A stretch of 62,751 nt of DNA, filler included, from Choristocarpus tenellus KU-1152 (lineage: Eukaryota; Protista; Phaeophyceae): assembly GCA_964200185.2 (NCBI GenBank). It is 6 parts of 6 records of this genome, joined end to end, with 100 filler letters (N's around TTAATTAATTAA, not from the genome) between each part and the next. Parts side by side here need not be neighbours in the genome. Positions count along the whole stretch, not along the records: positions 38,179 to 59,647 come from CAXNAD020000339.1; positions 59,748 to 62,751 come from CAXNAD020023000.1; 4 more parts are not named here. One strand, written 5' to 3'. Numbering within the stretch: position 1 is the first letter of the stretch; the number at the start of each line of letters is the position of its first letter. Shown piece by piece: positions 53,601 to 62,751 of the stretch. Under the pieces are notes generated by a model. The model saw only the letters and a program-made list of their open reading frames with translations. It was not told the origin of the DNA and did no database searches. Both the position numbers and the translations under genes were made by a program.

Positions 53601-54597
53601 AAGGCCAAATTGGAGACCAAAAAGGAGATCAAGTCCCGTAAAGCTAAGCAGAGAAAGTGCCTCGACTCAGCGCTGAACTTTGATCTAGACGCCTTGGAAT
53701 TAATTGACCCAATGAGGGCCAAGCGAATCCGTATAAGAATGGCAAGGTATGTTCGTGCCCTCAAGAGGGTGATAGAATGGTTAGATTTTTCAGCAGTTGA
53801 GGGTACGACTCATCTCTGGCTACATTTGTTGATAAGTTGGACACGGCCTAGGAGACAAGCAAAGGAAACACATTACAGCAGGAAGGGATGTATTAAAACT
53901 TGCCTTGATTTGGTTTCATCAATGATACATCACAGAGGAGGTGGCATGACCTGCTGAGAAAAGATGGACTGTATAGTAAGGAGATTGTGACCAGCTATAT
54001 CCACTGTCTGCAACATACTCTTTATCTTCTGCAGAGTTGAAGTTTCTCGAAAACAGAATCTTCCACCATTACCACAACCAAACATACCACCCTTCCACCC
54101 TCACTTTGACAAGGCATGCTGCACAGGTGGCTCGACAGAAACTCTTACTTCAGAAAAGGAAGGAGACTCAGAGGAAGCTGAGCTTGTGGGAGAAGAAATC
54201 AGCTGTCCGCGCAGCATGCAGGAAGGCCACCCTCCTATCTGCCGCATTAAACGGGGACACGAAACCTAGCCTCCTAGAAGCCGCCACCCCACTCCCCTAT
54301 CCAAAGCGACTGAGGAGTATTGTGACAGCTATCAGAGGACAACAGTCACAAAGAACAAGCCACAGGACTGGCGGCTCTGGTGGACTATTTGCAAGGTTGT
54401 TAAGGTTAGCCATCATGTCAACACACAAGGGCCAAAGCACGGGAAGAAGTCCAGATTCATTGGAAAACATAGAAAACAGTGGTACCACTGGCAATGACAA
54501 TTGCAATGAAAGCGGCTTGGAAAAGCCAGCAAGGCAGACAGTGCACTTGAAGGACAGAAAGGGTACCAAGAAGAACACAGCACGGCAAAAAAAATAG
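41168..54597 (+). CDS. Large multi-exon gene (at least 20 exons, ~1290 aa modelled, 5' end unresolved): SAP-like motif, EF-hand, acidic disordered region, coiled coils, TPR-like helices
   Basis: Phase-consistent exons: 41168-41312, 41684-41929, 42345-42452, 42871-42938, 43343-43405, 43910-44147, 45094-45207, 45528-45632, 45791-46005, 46734-46821, 47071-47805, 47909-48058, 48233-48304, 48825-48923, 49283-49447, 50837-50946, 52186-52375, 52711-52922, 53471-53746, 54114-54597 (stop). Splicing creates the EF-loop DK|DGDGGLSFSE. SAP-like FDRLRSLLAEHGMSHAGTLGELSARL; TPR-like ATVAALNNLGVLLMEF. Confidence 0.8.
46280..46553 (+). mobile_element. MITE family D copy, 3-bp TSD AGT, intronic
   Basis: agt|gacccatattgatctagaggggggg...gcgtccattgg ... 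gaatggac...cccccctttaagataatgctatggctc|agt. Confidence 0.75.
49484..49741 (+). mobile_element. MITE family B copy, intronic
   Basis: The left half resembles family A, but the central hairpin is replaced by ttttaggtaacagtgttcacacagaaaaccgaaaaagggc. It ends ctcttaaatgctttggatc. Confidence 0.85.
50206..50468 (+). mobile_element. MITE family A copy, intronic
   Basis: gtct|gagtcaacgtatctttgagggta ... taccttaaccctaagatactttcactc|atct. Confidence 0.92.
50480..50736 (+). mobile_element. MITE family A copy, intronic, 11 bp after the previous copy
   Basis: gagcaaaagcatcttagagggta ... taccctctatgatacgttcgctt. Confidence 0.9.
51162..51400 (-). mobile_element. MITE family B copy, one TIR missing, intronic
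   Basis: gagtcagagcattttatagggtagg...; the reverse complement matches the copies at 49484 and 55351. Confidence 0.85.
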
Positions 54598-55350
54598 AAT
54601 ATTCATATAATGCCAACTGCTGTCTCGCTTCCTACACTGCCAACCACATGACTGGATATGCTATCTTGATATTGTCATTTTTCGTGCATAATGTAGAGTA
54701 ACACTGCCGTAGTTAGCCTGTGGTGTCCTGTTCATGATGTCGTTTCCCCCTGTCATGTTCTTCTGAAGCTCAGGTGTCCTGATTATGTCGGTCTTTCAAA
54801 GTCTCCCTGAGAAAAACACTAGCTGCCGGCCCAGTGCTCTAATAACAAATTGACTTGTGTCAAATGAAAGATCACCACTGTTTGAGACTTGTGTATGTTT
54901 GTACCCCCAGTTTGAAAACCCATCTACACCTCTGTTGTACTAACCTCCTCGTGTAGAACCCATTTGTTTTGCTGGACTGCTTGGAGGAAATGTGCAATCA
55001 TCAATAGGAGCAGAGGAAGGCAGTTCCTCTGCATTGGAGATCAAGTTTAAAACGGCATCCATGTTGTGTCATACTACTAAGGTCTACAAAATATGGTACA
55101 TTTCTCCTGAACAAACAGGGAATCACCAACCAGACTAGGGGGCATACACTTGGACATGGGTTGCCGCGTTAGTCGAGATGGATTGTGACCAATGAGTGAA
55201 CACTCGTATACATATACACGTAAGATAACAAGTCTTGAATTGTGACTAAATTAAACACCATAATGACACGATCGAATTGTGAACGATATATTTGATCAAA
55301 CTCTGAAATTGCTCCGATTTATTTTTCAGAACGCCTCAAATATTGAAATA

Positions 55351-55611
55351 GACCCAAACCAATTAAGAGGATAGGGCCATGTCCGTTTGGGGTCATAAAT
55401 CCAATGTTGCGATTTTGATTAATTTTGACTATCGTGCTTGTTAGCAAGTGTTAATGTCCTTGCTCTGGACACACCTTTCATATTTGCATGCATTTTTAGG
55501 TAACTGTGGTCACAGAGAAAACCAATAAAAAGGGCATAAAAAACTCGTGGGAAGCCAAGCACCAAACGGACAAACAGGCCAAAAATCCTACCCTTTTAAA
55601 TGCTTTGGCTC
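55351..55611 (+). mobile_element. MITE family B copy, 4-bp TSD AATA
   Basis: aata|gacccaaaccaattaagaggata ... tacccttttaaatgctttggctc|aata. Confidence 0.87.
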
Positions 55612-58600
55612 AATAAAAAACCCACCCACCAAGATTATCCTGGCCAAAACAACTTGCACCGCACCAGGCTGGAACAGGTTCTAAAATTAAGTTATTCCAT
55701 AGATACAATTCATGGTAAATATGACTGAAATAAGTCCAGTGACACCACAATACCAATATGATACCTATTATATTATCCCTATTATATGATGCCTATTAAT
55801 TTGTCGCCTCATCGCACAGAGTGGCATGTTCAGAAAGTGAGAAGTGGAGCTTGTCCAACCTGAACTTGCTTAGTTTTATGATCTCTTGAAAATGTCTGGA
55901 TATTTATTGTAGTCCTTTCACAAAGGCTACCCTGGCCAGAGGAACTTGGTCAACACCAGGACGGGAAAAATATTGAACTTTTGAATACATCCAGCCTTTT
56001 GGACTCTGTAACTGAATCAGGTTCAAAGGTAGGCTAGGCTACCACAGGTCAATACCAGCACTGTAATAAAATATTATGATGAGCAAGTGGAAAGATGGTA
56101 GTTTCTTGATATTTTGATATCACTGTCACTCTATGATGAATCAGACTTAGTAAGACTGCAATGCACATTACAGAGAGGAAGCAAGCAGTTTTTGCTTTAT
56201 TAATATATTTGAGGTATTTATGCAGCCAATGATCTTGTGCTGGAAAACCCCCCCAAGTAGAACAAGGGAATGGAGAGGCGAGAGAGAATCATGCACTTCC
56301 CTTTATAAGCAGTGCACACCTCAAACACTTGGCGGATTACCATTCACATGTGCAGTTCAGTCAGGTGGTGCTTCTGCTTCAAGTGCTCCTGAGTGTTATG
56401 TGTACCTCTTCTTTGGCCGTCATATTTCACTCCTTGAACAATAACACTGATCCCCCCATAGCAAGTACCCTCAAAATATCGTCACCACCAAGTACGGAGA
56501 ATACTTCAAAGAATTTTATTTATTTATAATGCAAAGGAAAAAAACAAATCCTGAGCGTTTTTGAGTGCTGCAAGTAAAATATGTGTTGGACATTATTTCA
56601 GCAGGAAAATATCAACAACCTAGAGAGAGCAATCCAAAACAATACTCAAGAACGAATGATCACTACTTACATAGTAGGAATGTGTCGACTTCTTCTCAAG
56701 TGCGCTTTGATACAGACAAGATCAACAAGGGTGCACGTTGCCTTGAATTGGTTCACCGTATCCATAATAGCATAGAGACTTTTCTACATCTATCATTGCC
56801 TGGCTCTATCAATGGCAACAAGGGTACAATGTGATGGGGTATTGGCATATCCTTTGGAAGTGACAAAGCTCTTGGAAGTGTGTGTACTGAGCATTCCATA
56901 CAAATTGATGCACTATTAATAGTCGGCATTGTCATCCTTCAACCGGTTATATACTTGCCAACACCAGTGTTTGCATGGGGCATGGTTATTCTAGGTGTAA
57001 CAAAGGTGTACATATTCACAATGAGCATTCCTCTCTCAGGCGTTTCATTTTGTGTACAACACCACTATTTCTCACTCTCACATGAGGGTCCACACCACAT
57101 CACTTTCTTCTACAATTGCTCAAACTATCAGCATTTGCACTGAAAGACCAGATAACCTGGAAACACAAAGGTGTTCTTTTGGTTCGTGCAGTATTTGGCA
57201 TCCTTGGTTCTCACCAAGCCCACTACATCCCAAGGAGGTAATGCCAAGTGCTCTTCTGCACCATGCACTGCAGAATGCCTCTCATCCCATTGCTCTTCAG
57301 TCCACAGCATGCAGTTACAAAGAGGTGTTTACCAGTACAAACAATTTTCTGCTGTGGATGTTGTAGAGTGTTCTGCATCACTGCCCCCCCCACTGGGAGC
57401 ATGTTGATACCACTGAATATGGAGTGCCCCTGTGGCATATAAAGGTCAAATATGGGGGAGAGGGAAGTTAGCAGGGCAACCAGACCTATGGAGGGGCAAC
57501 TCTTGCAGATAGGGCCATTGATGTAGAATATTTCTGGTTGCAATGCGTCATGTCACTTACAATCATGATTGGGAAAGGAAACCCACCTCAAATCTAGAGT
57601 TACAGTTACATGAACCGCAGCAAGAACATAGATAGATACGTAGGTATATTCCCAAGGGCACAGTACACACAATTCTCAGGGTGTGTACGGGACACCGTCA
57701 GCATCTCAGTGTGGAATTTTTTGTGTTGCAGCATAGAGGCAGCATTTCGCAGGAAGAAGAAACACATTGTACCCACATGCTTTGGACAATCAGGGGTGCA
57801 CTCAAACAAGCAACGCCATAGTCTGAACACACCTACAATTTCCTTTCAGCAGATCGGAGGAAAGGTTCATCTCTGCAATCTTCTGTCCGAGGACCTCCTG
57901 CTCCAATTGGTTACCAGCCAACAAAGGTAATTGGTTCTGTCTACAAAACGACTATCCATTAGCCACTGCCAACAAAGGCTCACTTCGTTGAAGACCCCTT
58001 TGATCCCAAACCCTTGGTTGTAGCACTCAGGAATCCCACGCTTTGCTTCAAATGGCTTGAGACCGCCTTCTGGGTTGTTGAAGGATCCATGCCCAAGTTC
58101 ACCTAGCAGTGCAGATCAAGAGGGTGGGCATTAGGTTGCGGTCGGAGTGTGGGTGACCCTTGTGATGGAAAAGTGTTTGACGGAAACAAACATGGGGGGA
58201 AAATCCAAGAGGTTTTTGAACTTATCCCTGCTCACAGCAGCACTGAAAGACCTCCACCACATTTGCTAAGATAGATTGTTACCGGGCTGCTGTGGCGAGC
58301 AAGAGCTACAGGGTCAAATGGGCCTGAGTTTTTCTAGGTTAAGGTACCTGCTTTCGTATGCCAGTGGCACTATCCCGTCTTGGCCTCCCCGCTTTACCCA
58401 CGCCTCCTTTGGTGCTCTGCGGCATTCGTAGGATCTGTTCCTTCATGGACATGGCCACCTTTGCCAGCAACGTGTTGTCAATGTGGGTGCATAGGTGTTA
58501 CCGGATAGGTTCAACAAAAGGACGGGACAGGGTGACAGGATCTTATTGCATTACATTCCAAATGTAAAAAAAAAAATACACTCTGTGGTAAACACATCTC

Positions 58601-58701
58601 TCCACAGAGTCAAATCAACTTTGGTCAAGAAATGTGTTGAACCTGTTTATAGAGGGAGTTTGGAGCATTTTTTATTGAAATTTACACCATTTATTTTACA
58701 T

Positions 58702-58738
58702 GGGTTGGGGTTGAGGTTAGGGTTAGGGTTAGGGTTAA
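58702..58738 (+). repeat. Short interstitial telomeric tract (TTAGGG)n
   Basis: gggttggggttgaggttagggttagggttagggttaa. Similar tracts lie at ~5521, 8425, 13998-14050, 40509, 51080, 51264 and 51429. Confidence 0.85.
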
Positions 58739-59205
58739 TGGGCTTTTGCTCATCTAGGCGGGAGGGACTATCTGGGTTCTTCTTTGTTGGTATCTAAGAT
58801 GTAAAATGCATATGTTCGTACATAGAGCAGATGAAAAAAAACCTTGGGAGTATGACAAAATATCACACATCGTACATCTAAATGCCAGCCAAGGTTTTGG
58901 ACACCCTCCTTTGAAAAGATTTCGTCGCACAGTGGTAATATAGTTTATGCAGAGGAGAATGCCCCCAATCTGACTGATGATGCGTTGGCGGTGTGTGGTC
59001 CGCTGATTATGCATTCTGGTGCATACACAAACATGTATGAGCGAGATCCGATTTCACACAAACGTGTATACATATTGCATGTTCGAGAGGTGATCTCGCA
59101 TTTTTTACACCTTAGTTTGGCAAGGTGAAATGTGATCAGACCAAGGGTTCTTCCCTTGAGTTTGGTCAATTTTTCGCCCATGCTTTCCCTCTATCCAGTG
59201 CTCAC

Positions 59206-61771
59206 TCTAGATATATTGATTGGTCGGTTGTTGTTTTCTGTGTCCTCATCTGCTGCCATGCTCAAGACCTCATCTATCATGTCTGACGACGGTGGTTGGG
59301 GTGCACACATGCTTGGCACTCTCTCCCCTGTGACTTGGTTCACCTGACTCGTTGTTGGAAAAGGTTTCAAGGTAGAGGGGTATAGGCACATATGAGATAG
59401 CAATTGTACCACATCCACTGTAAACCGCAGTCAGTCTAGGGACTCTCCCCTTAGTTGACCTGTGGCTCAAAGTATCTGGCGGGGGATAGGGGCTGTCCAC
59501 TTGGGATCAATTTTTTCATGTCACGATGTTTGTGTGGTTTGGTTGCGTATGTCGGATGGATAATGTAAACACACTTTCCTGATTTTGGGCCAAATGGACA
59601 GGCTGGTGTAGACCCACACCCCGAACCACTAAGCATAGTTATGTTTGNNNNNNNNNNNNNNNNNNNNNNNNNNNNNNNNNNNNNNNNNNNNTTAATTAAT
59701 TAANNNNNNNNNNNNNNNNNNNNNNNNNNNNNNNNNNNNNNNNNNNNTTTTCCTGGTAAGGGCCCGAATGGATACCCTGGTGTAGAGCCCCCCCCCCCCC
59801 CCGAGATACTTTGAGCCTAGGATAGGCTGTGCTTGAATACTATGGCAACAAGAGCTTGCTAGTGTGTCCTGAGTATCATTTTTTTGCATAAAAGTAGTAG
59901 TGGTCCCGTCAGAGGACAGCGACTAAATATTTCAATGGCTCAGTTCCTATGTTTCCCTAAGTCAAAAAGGCATCATGCCATTGGGAATTTGCATGCAACA
60001 AACAACGAACACATTGCACCAGGGTTTGGAGATGGAAAGCTGGAAAATATGATCAACTGAAAATACTGAACTTTCCCACCCCAGGTGGCTGTACACAGCT
60101 TGATCAAGCACAGCCAGTAAGTACTACCTGTGTTGTGTGGGGAGTATCTGAGTCCACAACTTGCAGATTGTTGTTTTGTGGAGGTATGAGGTCTTGGTGT
60201 AGATGGGAAGAGAGAGGTTTAGCCTTTGTCTGCTGTGGGTATTCCAGGTGGGCCAGGGGCTCACTATGAACACCATCTTGTGTATAGTCGGTCATTATGG
60301 CCTCAAATAGTGACTGTGACAAGAAGATATAGGAAATACAGCAATGCAGTGGAGGATAAGAGTTCAGCATCAGCAGGAGCAGTATCAAACTGACCACCAG
60401 AGCACACGAAGAAAGAAGAAAAGATAAAACCCAATATAAAAATGTTGATTCATTGGGCTTGTCAAATATGGGGATCTCTCTGCAACTGACAACCTCCTTC
60501 AGTCAACAATTTAATTGTGGAACCGTCAAGTTTCTGCCCTCGAGAAGGAACAACACAATATACTTAGTTAGGGTTCTCAGCACTGACATAAAGAGACCTC
60601 CTTACAGGTTCTACATCCCCATCAGGTGGTCCTTGCCCACATAGTGCTTTAGTGTTGTCTGGCACTGCTGACTCATCAATGTTGTTTTCTGATGAAAAGG
60701 TTCCACCCCCTGAAGGAGGCGGCAGCCTGGAAGAAGAAGGGAAGATATATCAATTGCATGGGTACTAATGTAGGAACGAGTGCAGCAGAGCCGCAAGAAA
60801 ATATCTCTGGGTTTGCAAAACCTGTGAGGTTGAAATGTATTGGAAAGGCTTCATTCTGCTTTCCACCACTTTGAAATGGCGAGACTTATGTATATATTTC
60901 GAATCCAAGGAAATGCATCGAGGAGTGGTGGTTGATGATACGCATGTTTTGATTGGGAACGTACGTCTAAGAGCATGCTTCAATTTCAGTTCTTCACAGT
61001 CCTATCAATCAACCTTGCCTGTGGATGTATGTCCTCACCTTTGTAGCTGGACATTGTTCTTCAAAGCAAAACAACGCTGGTTCTTGGATGAACACAAGGC
61101 TCCCATTTGCCCCAACGTGTCTAAGGTACGCGATCTTGATATTGTTCCTTCGCCAATAAATTCTCCCTCTCCCAGCTCCGATCCCAAGATTCCACTGTGA
61201 AGCATTTCATACGGAGTATCATGCGCGATAATTGTTTCAGTAGGGAGGTGGTTCCATCCCGATCTGCAATCGAGTGGAGTTGGACTGTTCTTCCCTTCAT
61301 GTTTCAACTCCACTGATCCTGTCGTTTTGATGAGATCGTCTATTCTGGAATGATCTAACTCGGGGATGATGTTTTTTAGACCTGTGAGGAGGTGAGGATG
61401 CGTACAGAAAAACTCCAGAGCTCCCTTTATCAGATCCTCCGCATTCGTCCTGAGTTTACATAGTATTATACGGAACGAGTCAAATTGCAGCTAGGTACAT
61501 GGAAAATGTTCTTTCTATCTCATAATAGGTGTTGTTCATTAGAGATCCTGAGTGTCCCTCCAGATAAGTTCTTCAGTACGGGGTTCAAAACAATGAAAAT
61601 GAACCACCGGAGACTAGGTGCTAGCATCACCACTTACATCCGAGCGTGGTAGGAATTCAGGAGACGGACGAAGGAAGCGTACACATCTTCATCGAGAGCC
61701 AATTTTGCAGTTAGAAGGTATTGAAGCAACTCGTTCGCCTCTCCCCCAAAGTCACGTTCATTCCCACCCAT
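59206..61771 (-). CDS. PAH (paired amphipathic helix, Sin3-like) domain protein; exons 61771-61638, 61449-61039, 60726-60606, 60313-60128, probably 59343-59206; 3' part unresolved
   Basis: Splicing exon 1 to exon 2 gives ELLQYLLTAKLALDEDVYASFVRLLNSYHARMTNAEDLIKGALEFFCTHPHLLTGLKNIIP, which matches the PAH pattern (YL..VK......Y..FL..L..Y........V..LF..HP.LL..F..FLP). All junctions are GT-AG and phase-consistent. Confidence 0.75.
59464..59635 (+). mobile_element. MITE family C-type copy, right TIR degenerate
   Basis: ggctcaaagtatctggcggggg...gtccacttggg ... gggccaaatggac.ggctggtgtaga. Confidence 0.7.
59648..59747. other. Artificial contig linker / assembly gap
   Basis: 44 N + TTAATTAATTAA + 44 N. 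Confidence 0.97.
59748..59817 (+). mobile_element. MITE family C-type right end, at contig start
   Basis: ggcccgaatggataccctggtgtagagccccc...gagatactttgagcc. Confidence 0.75.
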
Positions 61772-62751
61772 CTGGGTGCTGGTCGCGCAGTAAGGAGGGG
61801 AGTAGGGGGGAGCGGGGGTTGTAATATCAAGGAGGAAAAGGTCGCAAAGACGTGAGCGAGAGGCACTGACTACTTGCGTGGGTGATGCGCATGTATACAA
61901 ACCTCGGGACAGTACTGTCGCACTGTGTATTGTCGATGACCTCAGCTATCAATCTGCGAGAGAACCACTTTTGTCATGTCTATGTCGAGAACAACGCAAT
62001 AAATGGTCTCTATCCTTTTTCCACAAATACCTCGTTCTCCTTTCAAACTCAAGTCCCACCCCTCCACTCTTTTCCCAAAAAAAAAATTACCAGTTATTTA
62101 CTTCTAACATGCAAAGCATGTGGTTCAAACGACCACCTCAACGGCATTCTGCACCTCCTAATGTCTATGACTGCCTCCAAGATAGACAATAGGTAGTTGT
62201 CAACCCAAGTCAGGCATGCCGCATCCGACTAAACAAAACAGGATAGGAGCTTGGTGATGGTTCCTAATGGTCAAACAAAGATGTTGCAACATGTAACATA
62301 TGATGCCAACCTTACACATGGCGGGTCATTGCAAGAGAATCCATTGTCATCATAATTTGTTACTAGAAATGTTGGAGAGTGTATACAACAGGTATTACTT
62401 ATACTTTATAGATTGAACCATTACAATTGCACCTTTTATTGACCTTTCATTGAAGGAAGTAGACTTCATCCATGAAAGAGGCAAACATCATACAGAACAT
62501 AGTATATTCATATTTTTATCCCCTCTAACATTTTGTAGATATAGATTGTATATAATTAGGGATAATCATTTTGGTTGGAAAAAGTTTAGAGATTGTAGAT
62601 AACTTTACAAGATTAACGAACGATAGAGATTGGAATTTGCCGCACCTCCCCAGGGCCACCAACCCACACCCTCGGAACTAGAGCTCCTTTCCACGACAGG
62701 AATCAACCTAGCCCCGAACCCCAGTGGTTTTGTCACTCTAGGGGCTCCAGT

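Noticed and set aside
56200-57400. Possible Plavaka-like transposase relic on the plus strand (LADY...PEC, KEVFTSTN)
   Set aside because: It needs several assumed frameshifts, the motifs are short, and the minus strand has competing exon-like pieces. It cannot be supported without a profile search.
6994-59747. TTAATTAATTAA palindrome recurring five times
   Set aside because: It is always centred in an identical 100-nt N block, so it is a synthetic six-frame-stop linker.
61178-61235. HDTPYEMLHSGILG resembles the DTP.E.LH..LLG motif of Plavaka-like transposases
   Set aside because: It lies inside an open, correctly spliced exon of the PAH gene with no other transposase motifs around it, so it is treated as coincidence.

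Overview
Eukaryotic genomic DNA, intron-rich and repeat-rich. GT/GC-AG introns and scattered TTAGGG tracts fit a stramenopile or brown-alga-like genome, but the taxon is not verified. The window is six contigs joined by artificial 100-nt linkers (44 N + TTAATTAATTAA + 44 N), so most six-frame ORFs are spurious and the gene models were built by hand from splice sites. Genes: the first three exons of an ALDH3-family aldehyde dehydrogenase followed by a decayed Copia element; the 3' exons of a PRA1-family protein; tRNA-Arg(CCG); a 20-exon, ~1290-aa SAP-like/EF-hand/coiled-coil/TPR-like gene with two GC-AG introns; a PAH (Sin3-like) domain gene; and two weaker gene fragments. Mobile DNA: about 18 copies of four related MITE families that share termini and carry mixed 3/4-bp target-site duplications (TSDs); four solo-LTR-like elements (three with perfect 4-bp TSDs), all upstream of the tRNA gene; LINE relics; and a chromodomain Gypsy integrase relic. 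The best leads are the retroelement island next to the tRNA gene, telomeric repeats written into MITE copies whose unmodified paralogs are in the window, the unclassified MITE group, and signs of CpG decay. There is no CRISPR array, prophage or intact transposase.
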